Source of the DNA: a virus
Virus record (IMG/VR): IMGVR_UViG_3300021197_001787
Location: 96,001 to 160,000 of that record
Strand: one strand, 5' to 3'
DNA length: 64,000 bases
A program made the translations under genes and the position numbers. Under the pieces are notes generated by a model. That model had not been told where the DNA came from and ran no database searches. It worked only from the letters and a program-made list of their open reading frames with translations. Positions 1 to 8,421 of the stretch are shown piece after piece; position 1 is the first letter of the stretch; each line of letters starts with the position of its first letter.

Positions 1-64
1 AGTTGGGGGTTTTCATTTTCTTTACTTTACCTCTCGCGCTTTGCGCTTTACGGGTTAGGTGTGA

Positions 65-154
65 TTATAGGATAGCTTCGCCGATTGCGATACCAAGCCC
101 AAAGGCAAGGAGCAAGAGCGGACTAAAAAAGAGGATTCCAAGAAAGTCGTTCAT
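65..154 (-). CDS. Small hydrophobic peptide (29 aa, MNDFLGILFFSPLLLLAFGLGIAIGEAIL)
   Basis: Manually translated ORF starting directly after the stop of 155..556; one TM-like stretch. Confidence 0.4.
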   Translation of the reverse strand: MNDFLGILFFSPLLLLAFGLGIAIGEAIL

Positions 155-556
155 TTAGATGCCCTCACCAGCAGCTAGCGCAGCAAGATCGGCCTTCTCT
201 TCATCGCTAAGGTGTTCCTTGGCTTTGTTGCGGAGGCTGGCTGCGCTCATCTTGGTGGGGTTCTTATGCTCACCGTTGCAGCCATCAGCAAAAGACTGCG
301 CGCCTTCTGGTGTGTTGTAGTCAATGACGGCTTGCTTGCCCTGCGTTGTGGAGTTGCGGAATACGCGCCACATCTGAGGACCAACTTGCTCAACAGTCCA
401 GCCGGTGAGTTGGCGACGAGTTGGCGGTGCGGGCAGTGGCTTGTATGCTTTCTTACGGCTTGACGTGACTTCGATGTTGTTAATCATCGGGTCAGGGCGA
501 TACCGAAAGTTGTCGTTAGAGTCAGTGAGTTGGTCGAGGCTGAATGATGTTGGCAT
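155..556 (-). CDS. Hypothetical early protein
   Basis: 133-aa ORF with AAGGAGA SD and promoter cassette at 585..639. Confidence 0.75.
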   Translation of the reverse strand: MPTSFSLDQLTDSNDNFRYRPDPMINNIEVTSSRKKAYKPLPAPPTRRQLTGWTVEQVGPQMWRVFRNSTTQGKQAVIDYNTPEGAQSFADGCNGEHKNPTKMSAASLRNKAKEHLSDEEKADLAALAAGEGI

Positions 557-584
557 TGATATATCTCCTTACTTGATATACTAT

Positions 585-639
585 ATTATACACTAAAAAT
601 GGGGGAAAGTCAACAACTAAGTTGTCAAGAGAATGTCAG
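585..639 (-). promoter_or_regulatory. Early promoter cassette P1 (CTGACA-N5-TTGACA-N9-TTGACT-N17-TATAAT)
   Basis: Hexamers at 634-639, 623-628, 608-613; -10 at 585-590; 31-bp block identical to P2/P3. Confidence 0.85.
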
Positions 640-767
640 GTAGTTTGTGACAAGAGGATAAGAGAGAAAAGCATCAGAGCATTGACCCTGATCATTGTCT
701 GGCAAAACTCGCGCGATACCAAGTGAAGGGCGATAGGGTGAAGGTTGGATTGTCCGCGAAGTTTCAT
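636..767 (-). CDS. Small hypothetical protein (43 aa)
   Basis: Manually translated; follows P2; stop TGA lies inside CTGACA of P1. Confidence 0.45.
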   Translation of the reverse strand: MKLRGQSNLHPIALHLVSREFCQTMIRVNALMLFSLILLSQTT

Positions 768-794
768 AATGTTCTTTCCTTGTTTGGTATAACC

Positions 795-850
795 ATTATA
801 CCATTAAAAGCAGGTGATTGTCAACAACTAAGTTGTCAAGAGAATGTCAG
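795..850 (-). promoter_or_regulatory. Early promoter cassette P2
   Basis: Same 31-bp block as P1 (820..850); TTGACA-N18-TATAAT. Confidence 0.85.
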
Positions 851-853
851 GGA

Positions 854-1036
854 CTAGTCAATAGACTCAACACTACAAGTATCTTCATCACCCACATTCT
901 CAATGATATTGCCGTTCCAATCCTCATCTTCTTCGATCTCGTCTACAAGCTCTTGCTGGAACTCAATCAGGCGATCGAGCAGTTCCGAAGCATCGGCGTT
1001 GCGGGCGGTAATGTCAAATGTCAGTCGGTATGTCAT
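854..1036 (-). CDS. Small acidic hypothetical protein
   Basis: 60-aa D/E-rich ORF between P3 and P2. Confidence 0.7.
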   Translation of the reverse strand: MTYRLTFDITARNADASELLDRLIEFQQELVDEIEEDEDWNGNIIENVGDEDTCSVESID

Positions 1037-1063
1037 AGTCTTTTTTCCTTGTTTGGTATAACC

Positions 1064-1118
1064 ATTATACCAGAAATGTGGGGGTAAGTCAACAACTAAG
1101 TTGTCAAGAGAATGTCAG
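1064..1118 (-). promoter_or_regulatory. Early promoter cassette P3
   Basis: Same 31-bp block (1088..1118); TTGACT-N17-TATAAT; -10 flank identical to P2. Confidence 0.85.
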
Positions 1119-1339
1119 TCGTTGCAGCAATCGGGGTGTTCCCAGTTGCTCACTTGCCAGTCGCTAATACTACCGGAGTAATGGAGCGCATCAACGAAGT
1201 TGCTCCAAGCCTCGGAGCGCGCTGGAATATCAACGTGTCCAAGGTTCTGCTCATCCTCTTGAATCATCGGAAGGATAAGATCAATAAACTGCTCGCGGGC
1301 AGTCTCCCAAAGAGTAACGGTGTCGAGTTGTGAAGCCAT
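1115..1339 (-). CDS. Hypothetical protein (MASQLD..., 74 aa)
   Basis: Start reassigned to ATG after AAAGGAGA SD; stop inside CTGACA of P3. Confidence 0.7.
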   Translation of the reverse strand: MASQLDTVTLWETAREQFIDLILPMIQEDEQNLGHVDIPARSEAWSNFVDALHYSGSISDWQVSNWEHPDCCND

Positions 1340-1368
1340 AGAATAATCTCCTTTCTTTCTATACATAT

Positions 1369-1422
1369 AATATAACCCGTTGAGAGGTAAAAGCAAGCAA
1401 GATCGTGTCAGGGAAATGTCAA
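1369..1422 (-). promoter_or_regulatory. Early promoter cassette P4
   Basis: TTGACA-N5-CTGACA-N9-TTGCTT-N16-TATATT. Confidence 0.75.
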
Positions 1423-1595
1423 GAGATTACCATCAAGTTTCGCTCACTAATAACTTCAGTTTTACTATTCGACCACAGGATCATCCACCATACGGTTGAC
1501 CATTGGTGGCTCTCGGCATTTTTGACAACGACGCCCACAGGCGCTGATTTGCGGAACTGATCGCGCCGCCACTTAACAAGATCACCTACTCTCAT
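1419..1595 (-). CDS. KOW/SH3-like mini-protein (MRVGDLVKW..., 58 aa)
   Basis: Manually translated, below ORF-track cutoff; ATGA overlap with 1592..2083; stop within TTGACA of P4. Confidence 0.75.
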   Translation of the reverse strand: MRVGDLVKWRRDQFRKSAPVGVVVKNAESHQWSTVWWMILWSNSKTEVISERNLMVIS

Positions 1596-2083
1596 CCTGC
1601 CACCTCAAGATCGCGTTCTGGGAATGTCGGCCATCCGAATCTTTTACTATCTGACATGTCACCAATCCAAGCGATGCGAGCGAAGCCACAGCCGCCTTCT
1701 GCCATCACAAGCCCAACCTTGCCGGCGTAGCCTTGACGGGTTGCGCGCTTGTTGGTTTTACCTCTCACCAGTTGGCCAACCTTAAACTTTGGTGGCTTCG
1801 GAAGTAGGGACTCGATCATCTGAGTCGCGTTGTCACGGAATGAGCCGGCAAAATAGTCAGACTGCATATCTGAGTAGTCATCACAGCGGCGAACGTGGAA
1901 GTTGCAGGCGTCGGCCTCAAGTTGAGCAGCCGTATCGCTTGCCATCGCTCCGTTAGCCAGGAATGAACCAACATAGCCGTTATGCTGGAAACTCCAGCGC
2001 GTTCCGTTATACTCTACATCAATATCAATACCTTGCTTCTTGAAGTGAGTTTTGATTTTCTTGATTACTGCTTTTACTTTCAT
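1592..2083 (-). CDS. Hypothetical protein with C-terminal KOW/SH3-like domain
   Basis: C-terminal FKVGQLVRGK...GKVGLVM...ERDLEVA matches the family pattern. Confidence 0.75.
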   Translation of the reverse strand: MKVKAVIKKIKTHFKKQGIDIDVEYNGTRWSFQHNGYVGSFLANGAMASDTAAQLEADACNFHVRRCDDYSDMQSDYFAGSFRDNATQMIESLLPKPPKFKVGQLVRGKTNKRATRQGYAGKVGLVMAEGGCGFARIAWIGDMSDSKRFGWPTFPERDLEVAG

Positions 2084-2256
2084 GCTACCACCTTCATGTC
2101 TTCATCTTTAACCCAGCCGCTTGTGCGCGTCTTCGGATAGAATACCTGCATCAACGTGGGAACCGCATCATGGAACCGTAGCACCACACCAAGATTTCCC
2201 TCTTTACCGCTACTCAGCCTGTATTTGCTTTGAACCATGCTTCCGACTTTGATCAT
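2080..2256 (-). CDS. KOW/SH3-like mini-protein (MIKVGSMVQS..., 58 aa)
   Basis: Manually translated; AGGAGAG SD after P5; ATGA overlap with next gene. Confidence 0.75.
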   Translation of the reverse strand: MIKVGSMVQSKYRLSSGKEGNLGVVLRFHDAVPTLMQVFYPKTRTSGWVKDEDMKVVA

Positions 2257-2281
2257 AGATTTCTCTCCTTTCTATACATAT

Positions 2282-2335
2282 AATATAACCCACTGAGAGT
2301 GAAACGCAAGGCTATTTGTGTCAAGGAAATGTCAG
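2282..2335 (-). promoter_or_regulatory. Early promoter cassette P5
   Basis: CTGACA-N5-TTGACA-N9-TTGCGT-N16-TATATT. Confidence 0.75.
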
Positions 2336-2511
2336 TAAACGAGTTGGATGTGTTCTTTTCTCACCGTCTCGCGCTTTCCGTCAGCAGCCCACTCGACGAT
2401 CCACCAGTCGCTCGGCAGCGACAGCGCAGGCCCGACAATGATCCCAACCGGACCCCAACCTTTGCTTGATGCACCATAGTGATTTCTTCGCACCAAGTTG
2501 CCGACTTTCAC
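2332..2511 (-). CDS. KOW/SH3-like mini-protein (VKVGNLVRR...ETVRKEHIQLVY, 59 aa)
   Basis: Manually translated; GTGA overlap with upstream gene; stop inside CTGACA of P5. Confidence 0.7.
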   Translation of the reverse strand: MKVGNLVRRNHYGASSKGWGPVGIIVGPALSLPSDWWIVEWAADGKRETVRKEHIQLVY

Positions 2512-2669
2512 GCACTTACCAATACGGTTACGTCAGCAGCGCCGGCAATAATGTTGCGCGGGTGCTTTTGAGGTTTGATGTGAACACCATCCTCATCAAT
2601 CTCAATAACTACACCCAACTTTGATCCATAGTGTTTTGTTCTTACTCTTACCAAATCGCCTACTTTCAT
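2508..2669 (-). CDS. KOW/SH3-like mini-protein (MKVGDLVRVR...)
   Basis: Family head motif plus G-V-V strand; start trimmed to MKVGD. Confidence 0.75.
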   Translation of the reverse strand: MKVGDLVRVRTKHYGSKLGVVIEIDEDGVHIKPQKHPRNIIAGAADVTVLVSA

Positions 2670-2673
2670 AATC

Positions 2674-3024
2674 TTACCAGTTCCTTGGATCGTTAGCATC
2701 CCACACATCATGTGTTTGTGCTTTTGAAAGTCGTTTATCCTTGACCTTCAGGTTAAAGTTTCGCCGGCTTGCTGCTCGGCTATGCATTTTCGCTTCTTCA
2801 CGTGCATCCATACCGCGCTGGATCATATCATCCTCTGCGAGTGTAAATGTGCGGCCTTCCAAGCTATCGTCAGCTACGCGACCAGATTGCTCCATCAGAT
2901 CGTGACAGAGTTCAAAAGCAGGTTGGCCGTTGCTATCAACGCGGCTGCCGGCTTCATGAAGCAAATCCATAATCAGTTCAAGCTCTCGCTCGGTCACTCG
3001 GATATTCAAAATCTCGTCAGACAT
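2674..3024 (-). CDS. Hypothetical protein
   Basis: 116-aa ORF co-oriented in dense array. Confidence 0.65.
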   Translation of the reverse strand: MSDEILNIRVTERELELIMDLLHEAGSRVDSNGQPAFELCHDLMEQSGRVADDSLEGRTFTLAEDDMIQRGMDAREEAKMHSRAASRRNFNLKVKDKRLSKAQTHDVWDANDPRNW

Positions 3025-3162
3025 TTACGCTCCACACGTGCAGTTAGCCCATTGAAAGGCGAGGAAGATAAGACCAGACCAACAGGTCAGATCAGCGATA
3101 ATAAGAGCGGCCATCATGCCGTTGCGGTTTTGAAGCATTTGCTTTCTCCTTTCTATACATAT

Positions 3163-3217
3163 AATATAACACCGGAAGGGGCGATCGTCAAGGTTTAAGT
3201 TGTCAGGGGCTTGTCAA
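3163..3217 (-). promoter_or_regulatory. Early promoter cassette P6
   Basis: TTGACA-N5-CTGACA-N9-TTGACG-N17-TATATT. Confidence 0.85.
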
Positions 3218-3401
3218 CAAGTGAAAGATGTTGACTACATTCGGTTAGTGGCTCTGGTTCGTTGGTCCACAAAACTTTAACGTCACGGTTGCCACTAAAC
3301 TTTCCTGTCTCGATAATCAAGCCAACATGGACAGATTGACCTTTACGCCAGCGTGGGCGCTGATACCAATACGTCACCAGATCACCGACTTTCATATTCA
3401 A
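3195..3401 (-). CDS. KOW/SH3-like mini-protein (MKVGDLVTYW...)
   Basis: Family motif; C-terminus VDKPLTT is read through P6 repeats. Confidence 0.75.
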   Translation of the reverse strand: MNMKVGDLVTYWYQRPRWRKGQSVHVGLIIETGKFSGNRDVKVLWTNEPEPLTECSQHLSLVDKPLTT

Positions 3402-3615
3402 CCTTGGTTGTCTTCACATAGAAAATAACCTTATCGCCCGGTTTAACGTGCTTAAGCTGTCTTTTATTGAGCTTTACCCACATTGCGGAGTCTGGTGCAT
3501 TTACAATCTCAACAGGAACCATCCGATCAAAGTACATTTGATCATCCAGCACGGTGCCGTTCATCTTGGCGCGTGTTGCGCAGCCAACTAAAAGCAGTGG
3601 AACTATAAATCTCAT
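3382..3615 (-). CDS. Putative small lipoprotein
   Basis: MRFIVPLLLVGC lipobox-like N-terminus; ends YESR* overlapping MKVGD of next gene. Confidence 0.6.
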   Translation of the reverse strand: MRFIVPLLLVGCATRAKMNGTVLDDQMYFDRMVPVEIVNAPDSAMWVKLNKRQLKHVKPGDKVIFYVKTTKVEYESR

Positions 3616-3954
3616 TTATGCAACCTTGGCCCTTTGAGCATCGACATGCTTACACTTACGCCGCCAGCCAAAACCGGGACACGTACACGTCCACGTGCCG
3701 CCGTTGTCGGTCACGGTATAAGTGTTGCCAGTGCTGCCTTGGACCTCGTATGAGGTAACGTCAGCCGGTTGTGCCGGTGCTTCTCGTTCCTCAACGATCA
3801 TATACTCACCAACCCGGTCAAGTGTTAGGGTTTCTGGCACTTCAACCCAATGTTGACCAGACACAGCCCACTTCTGGCCGGCCCTATCGGTGTAAAGCAT
3901 TGGGTTCATACTGACCACAATAGGCAGCGTTTTATTCTTCGTTGTCATCTTCAT
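3616..3954 (-). CDS. SWIM zinc-finger protein
   Basis: YEVQGSTGNTYTV...WTCTCPGF...CKH (CxC...CxH) motif. Confidence 0.8.
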   Translation of the reverse strand: MKMTTKNKTLPIVVSMNPMLYTDRAGQKWAVSGQHWVEVPETLTLDRVGEYMIVEEREAPAQPADVTSYEVQGSTGNTYTVTDNGGTWTCTCPGFGWRRKCKHVDAQRAKVA

Positions 3955-4195
3955 TCTCCGTGGAAGGTCTATGGTTGAGGTAAATATCGGTCATGTCTTT
4001 TGACCAGAAGTCGTCGTACCCTGATACATAATAAGGGCTGATCTCAACTGGATTGCGCTCAAAAAAGTCCTCCAGCATTGAAACGATTTCTTCCATACGA
4101 AGTTCACGAGCAGACTTGTTTTCGTCGGCTTTGGCTTCAGCCATGGCCTTCTTCTTCTCGCGGTATTCGTCAAGGTTTACTATCTCTCCCATCAA
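3932..4195 (-). CDS. Hypothetical protein
   Basis: 87-aa ORF beginning GEIVNLDEYR; coupled to neighbours. Confidence 0.65.
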   Translation of the reverse strand: MMGEIVNLDEYREKKKAMAEAKADENKSARELRMEEIVSMLEDFFERNPVEISPYYVSGYDDFWSKDMTDIYLNHRPSTENEDDNEE

Positions 4196-4527
4196 AACGG
4201 CCTGCTATCGCTCATTGGTGAACACTCCCAAACCTTCGGGTGCATGATCACCGGGCCACCAGTTGTGTACTTGGCGAGATTCACGTGACAGGAAGTTGTC
4301 ATAGAATGAAAGCCGTTGGCTGGTGCAGTGAAGTCGGCGATGATGCAGACACCAGCCGGAGTACGTTCGCCGATCTTTAAGTCATAGCTGAATAGCTCCG
4401 CGCTTCCATTTGGATATGATATGCTTGTTAAAGAACACCTGTGATTACGCGCACTTACGCCGTTCCTCCAAGCATCAAGCACGCCGTCATTTGTGCGAGA
4501 CTTACCATAGATCCCCAGCGCGTTCAT
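4192..4527 (-). CDS. Hypothetical phage protein
   Basis: 111-aa ORF with 4-nt overlaps on both sides. Confidence 0.7.
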   Translation of the reverse strand: MNALGIYGKSRTNDGVLDAWRNGVSARNHRCSLTSISYPNGSAELFSYDLKIGERTPAGVCIIADFTAPANGFHSMTTSCHVNLAKYTTGGPVIMHPKVWECSPMSDSRPF

Positions 4528-4712
4528 GCTTCACCTGCTATACGCGGTAGTGCTGAGAGCGTTGTCAGGAAAATATCCCGCATAACTTCGTTTTCCTCTT
4601 CAGCCAGTTGCGAGGCTACCATCAGGCAAGTGATGACATTCTCACATGTTTCGCGACTCTCATCCATTGGTGTTAGTGACCCTGTGACGTTGGGAACATT
4701 ACTTTCAAACAT
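4524..4712 (-). CDS. Hypothetical protein
   Basis: AAAGGAGA SD downstream of P7. Confidence 0.65.
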   Translation of the reverse strand: MFESNVPNVTGSLTPMDESRETCENVITCLMVASQLAEEENEVMRDIFLTTLSALPRIAGEA

Positions 4713-4734
4713 TTTATCTCCTTTCTATACTATA

Positions 4735-4778
4735 AATATAGCATTAAATAGTTTAATCGTCAAGCATTAAGTTGTCAA
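4735..4778 (-). promoter_or_regulatory. Early promoter cassette P7 (one upstream repeat)
   Basis: TTGACA-N9-TTGACG-N17-TATATT; distal repeat absent. Confidence 0.75.
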
Positions 4779-4966
4779 GACTCGCTGACAACTTCTAGCC
4801 ATGGTTCAGGCTCCCAGTCTACTTTACCTGAACCACCTATCCACATTATACCTATTTGTGGCCGTGTGGTAGAAATGGCTTTAGGGTGCCTGTCCACTAC
4901 AATGCCGACAAGCCCCGTGTCATGCGTGTGCATCTTCACCAGATCGCCTTTTTTAATGCGCTTCAT
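4775..4966 (-). CDS. KOW/SH3-like mini-protein (IKKGDLVKMH...WEPEPWLEVVSES)
   Basis: Family motif; stop inside TTGACA of P7. Confidence 0.75.
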   Translation of the reverse strand: MKRIKKGDLVKMHTHDTGLVGIVVDRHPKAISTTRPQIGIMWIGGSGKVDWEPEPWLEVVSES

Positions 4967-5241
4967 CGCTCACCTCTAAAGATACGGTCAGCGAAACGCT
5001 TTGCGTTGCGAAGGTTATACATGTCGCCAATATCTTTGACTTGATTAGATTCCTCATCATTCAGATGATTAACAGATTCCTTCATAAACTTGCGGAGCAT
5101 CTTGATAAACTCAATCTTCCCGAACGATTCTTTGTGATATGAGCCGGTACTCACATACTTTTCATGCATGATACGCACCATCTTTAGTGCGTCGTTGATG
5201 CCTTCTCGGTCGTCGGAGTCTATTACGATTGTCATTTTCAT
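4963..5241 (-). CDS. Hypothetical protein
   Basis: 92-aa ORF coupled to next gene. Confidence 0.65.
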   Translation of the reverse strand: MKMTIVIDSDDREGINDALKMVRIMHEKYVSTGSYHKESFGKIEFIKMLRKFMKESVNHLNDEESNQVKDIGDMYNLRNAKRFADRIFRGER

Positions 5242-5252
5242 TGTTTAGCCTT

Positions 5253-6500
5253 CTATTCATCAATGGCGATGATGCGTTCATTAGTCGAGAAGTAAGGGCG
5301 CGCTGCATATTGCTTCGTGGTCATCCACATACGCTGACACTTGGAGGCAACAGGCTTCGGTGCCATCAGATCAGTCAGAACGATGTGGCCGTCAAAGCCG
5401 CGCTCATTGACATACTTTGTTGGAGCGTTGAAACATGTGCCACCAGTTAGAACGCGCTCGGTCTTCTTACTCTGCCCCTTCTTCCAAGTGTAAACCTTAT
5501 CCTCGGCAACGCGGGTATCGAAGGGGATCACAGTGAACTCCGCGACCTCTGCCAGCTTGTTAAGCTCGGAGAAGAATGCGGCAAGCATGCCATCGTCAAC
5601 AGAGCCGGACTGATCGATACTGATCGCAATCTTAGCGTGACGACGGACACGTTTGCCGGGGTGAACCTTTGGGAATCGCTTGTTAAGTCGGCGCGGCGTG
5701 CTACGCTTGTCAGCGCGCTGGCTTGTTTTGACGAAGTAACGAAGAACTTTGCGCCAGTCAACCTTTGATGAGATCCGATCCATAATATCGCGCCGCACAC
5801 CAGACGAGACTGAACCCCAGTTGCGGGACTTTTCAGCCTCTTCGGCTGCCTTCTTGACTGCTTCTTTAAGACGCTCCTTGGCAATCTCATTGACAGTTGC
5901 ATCACCAGAATCGCCAAAAGCATCGTGGTCGTCAAGTGAGTCAGCATCACCAAACGCATCTCCAGGCTCACCCTCGCCTTCACCTTGCTTCTCCTCGTTT
6001 TCCTTCTGCATCTTTTCAAGCTGAACCAGATACCACTCGTAGGTCTGACATGCTGGCAGATCCTTAAATGGGCCTTCACCCGGCATAACGCCCTTCATCG
6101 GCTCGGTAGCACCCTCAAGGATGGGGCCGGGATCAGCTTCACAGGGAAGTTTGCCCTTCATCTCTGGCAGGCCATTGATAGACAAGTCCATGGCGATATT
6201 ATCAATACGCCTGATACCATCAGCCGGCAGGCGCTTGGTCACATGCTCAAAGATAATATGGTAAAACTCATGCATGAGGATACCGAGCTTGTGGTCATCA
6301 GACAGAGCAGCAAAGAATACCGGGTTATAGAAAAGCTCAAACTGGGCGCGCTCCTTGTTGACACGCACGCCAGCAGTTGGAATAGAAGTGGTGGCCACCT
6401 TATCAATCCGACGCGAGAGCGCGGCAAAGAACGGTTCGCGCATAAGCAGGCGAGCGGTGTGCATGTTGAGATTGAAGGGCTTTTTGGTATCGTCAGTCAT
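5253..6500 (-). CDS. vWA-domain protein with N-terminal putative metallopeptidase (DUF2201-like)
   Basis: HEFYH (HExxH) motif, acidic linker, C-terminal MIDAS DQSGS...GGT...VLTD; partner of nearby MoxR ATPase. Confidence 0.85.
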   Translation of the reverse strand: MTDDTKKPFNLNMHTARLLMREPFFAALSRRIDKVATTSIPTAGVRVNKERAQFELFYNPVFFAALSDDHKLGILMHEFYHIIFEHVTKRLPADGIRRIDNIAMDLSINGLPEMKGKLPCEADPGPILEGATEPMKGVMPGEGPFKDLPACQTYEWYLVQLEKMQKENEEKQGEGEGEPGDAFGDADSLDDHDAFGDSGDATVNEIAKERLKEAVKKAAEEAEKSRNWGSVSSGVRRDIMDRISSKVDWRKVLRYFVKTSQRADKRSTPRRLNKRFPKVHPGKRVRRHAKIAISIDQSGSVDDGMLAAFFSELNKLAEVAEFTVIPFDTRVAEDKVYTWKKGQSKKTERVLTGGTCFNAPTKYVNERGFDGHIVLTDLMAPKPVASKCQRMWMTTKQYAARPYFSTNERIIAIDE

Positions 6501-6521
6501 TGTTCTTTTCCTTACTCTTAT

Positions 6522-6575
6522 AATATAACGTGTTGGCAGTGCTTTGCAAGCGATATTGTGTCAAGCAAATGTCAA
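6522..6575 (-). promoter_or_regulatory. Early promoter cassette P8
   Basis: TTGACA-N5-TTGACA-N9-TTGCAA-N16-TATATT; 31 bp identical to P11. Confidence 0.8.
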
Positions 6576-6775
6576 GGAAGTTTATACAAGGCTCTAAGTT
6601 TAACCTCATCCAGCCATCCCTGTTGGCCGTCAATGTGTAACTTGAACTCCATGCGCTTGTTGGCCAGATCGCCATACTTGGCGCGCGCAGTTTCTGCGGT
6701 GTCAAGGATGATAGCAGGCTTATTGTCGCTGCGCGAACATACAAGATCACCTATTTTAAGTTTATCAGTCCACAT
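6572..6775 (-). CDS. KOW/SH3-like mini-protein (KLKIGDLVCS...)
   Basis: Family motif; stop inside TTGACA of P8. Confidence 0.7.
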   Translation of the reverse strand: MWTDKLKIGDLVCSRSDNKPAIILDTAETARAKYGDLANKRMEFKLHIDGQQGWLDEVKLRALYKLP

Positions 6776-7001
6776 CAGAAATAATCAATAAGTCCTCTTC
6801 ATGAAAAATCATAAGTTCATCGCTCTTTAACCACTTAACTTCGTATTGTATACGATGAGGAGCCTGAACAATGTCGTTGACAACACCGATGCCGTGATGG
6901 CCCTTGAAGGGCCGGCCTAGGCTGCCCAGACCGGTTAGCTTAACCAAGTCGCCAAGCCTAGGCGGCCTTAAGAGCGGCCTGAAGGCGCTACTGTGAGCCA
7001 C
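6765..7001 (-). CDS. KOW/SH3-like mini-protein (PRLGDLVKLT...GIGVV...YEVKW)
   Basis: Family motif; probable GTG start overlapping MoxR 3' end by 14 nt. Confidence 0.65.
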   Translation of the reverse strand: MAHSSAFRPLLRPPRLGDLVKLTGLGSLGRPFKGHHGIGVVNDIVQAPHRIQYEVKWLKSDELMIFHEEDLLIISDVD

Positions 7002-8067
7002 CAAGAATCTCCACCAAGTGGTCGCTAACGCGCTTGCCTTCTGATGTCTCTGCCTTGTGCAGTGCAATAACATTCGTAGTGTTGTCAGCTTCGCCGAGTA
7101 CAGTCCACAACTTCATAGCTACTTCTGAAGGAAGTGACACAAAGTAATCAGCAAGGTTCTGGATCTGCGCTTCTTGCAAGTCTTCTACCAGCACATCGGC
7201 CGCAGAAATCTTCTCAATCATCGCAGAGTGATCATTGATACCCCATTCAGAAGTCTTGCTGATCTCACCATTGTCAAGCAGGTCTTCAATAGTTACTTGC
7301 CAAGCGTAGTTCTCTGTGAAGTCACGCAAAGACACGGCAGCCTCAAACCCTACAAAAGCAGTGGCCAGATTGAACAGAAGATCGCGGTCGCCACCTTCAC
7401 CCATTGCACCCGTGGGTGCAGCGGTATCGTTGAATCGCTTCCAGCTACGACGTGACGGGTAAACCTTGTTAGGCTCAAAGTCATCACCATGCTCAAGGTG
7501 GCTGCGGTTCTGGTTAATGAAGTCCCACAGAACAGAGTGAACATTGTCCTGCGCCCATGCAAGCCAGTCCTCAGTGGTTGGCTCCACATCGAAAACAGTC
7601 CAGCGGTCAAGCTCTGCCGGGTCCATCTCGCCAACTTGGTATTGAGCGCCATGCTCACCACCATTGACGGCAGCGACGATCAGAGTCTCAGGGTGAAGAT
7701 TCCACCCATTGATCTTGCGGCTATCAGTCAACTCAAAGAGTCCTTGGCGAACCTCCATAGTTGCGCGGTCAACCTCATCAAGAAAGAGCATGACAGGCTG
7801 TGTACAAGCAGTGACAAGCCAGTCAGGAGCGTTCCAAGTGGTAGCCTTGCGGCCATCAGATAGGTCAGCCGTGTCAGGCAGACCTAGAAGATCGCCCTCA
7901 GTCATCTGTGAAGCACGGCGCTCCACCACAGGCAGGTTGCGCTGCTCTGCAATCTGGTATACCACTTGGGATTTACCGATGCCGTGTGGGCCGCGGACAA
8001 GTACGGGAAGGCGCGCATCAAGAATATGAGTAACGGTGCCGAGGAATGTTGTGAAGTCTACTGCCAT
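6988..8067 (-). CDS. MoxR-family AAA+ ATPase
   Basis: Walker A GPHGIGKS, Walker B LFLDEVDRA, MDPAELDRW. Confidence 0.9.
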   Translation of the reverse strand: MAVDFTTFLGTVTHILDARLPVLVRGPHGIGKSQVVYQIAEQRNLPVVERRASQMTEGDLLGLPDTADLSDGRKATTWNAPDWLVTACTQPVMLFLDEVDRATMEVRQGLFELTDSRKINGWNLHPETLIVAAVNGGEHGAQYQVGEMDPAELDRWTVFDVEPTTEDWLAWAQDNVHSVLWDFINQNRSHLEHGDDFEPNKVYPSRRSWKRFNDTAAPTGAMGEGGDRDLLFNLATAFVGFEAAVSLRDFTENYAWQVTIEDLLDNGEISKTSEWGINDHSAMIEKISAADVLVEDLQEAQIQNLADYFVSLPSEVAMKLWTVLGEADNTTNVIALHKAETSEGKRVSDHLVEILGGSQ

Positions 8068-8117
8068 GGTGTTTTTCTCCGAGAGAGATGAATGTTGTTT
8101 CTTTGCCTTACTCTATA

Positions 8118-8171
8118 AATATAACACGGTAAGGCTTTTCGTCAAGTATTTTCGTGTCAGGGAAATGTCAA
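8118..8171 (-). promoter_or_regulatory. Early promoter cassette P9
   Basis: TTGACA-N5-CTGACA-N9-TTGACG-N16-TATATT. Confidence 0.8.
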
Positions 8172-8175
8172 GAGA

Positions 8176-8307
8176 CTACAAAAAAGTTTGCACTAAACTG
8201 TTGACTTGATTGCGAATGTTGTTGACCCTCTTGGGGTTGTCGGCAAGCCAGTTGATACCGAAGTAAAAAACCCCAGCAAAAATAGCATATCTAAATATAT
8301 TGTTCAT
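8176..8307 (-). CDS. Small membrane protein (MNNIFRYAIFAGVFYFGINWL..., 43 aa)
   Basis: Start trimmed to exclude the tRNA; one TM-like segment. Confidence 0.55.
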   Translation of the reverse strand: MNNIFRYAIFAGVFYFGINWLADNPKRVNNIRNQVNSLVQTFL

Positions 8308-8327
8308 TTTTGTTCCTATCCAAAAGA

Positions 8328-8413
8328 TGGTAGCTGATGCGGGATTCGAACCCGCAAGCCCAAACGGGCGGGAGATTTTAAGTCTCCTGTGTATACCGTT
8401 CCACCAATCAGCC
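8328..8413 (-). tRNA. trnL: tRNA-Leu(UAA)
   Basis: GGCTGAT/ATCAGCT acceptor stem, GGAGA-CTTAAAA-TCTCC anticodon arm, long variable arm, GTTCGAATCC, encoded CCA. Confidence 0.95.
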
Positions 8414-8421
8414 ATGTTTAT

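Noticed and set aside
609-1118. 31-bp direct repeats as a CRISPR array
   Set aside because: Spacers are about 180-240 bp, contain SD plus ORF, and the repeats end in -35 boxes; no cas genes in the window.
8176-8415. 79-aa ORF as given in the track
   Set aside because: Its 5' part is the tRNA-Leu sequence; only the 43-aa downstream part is a plausible CDS.
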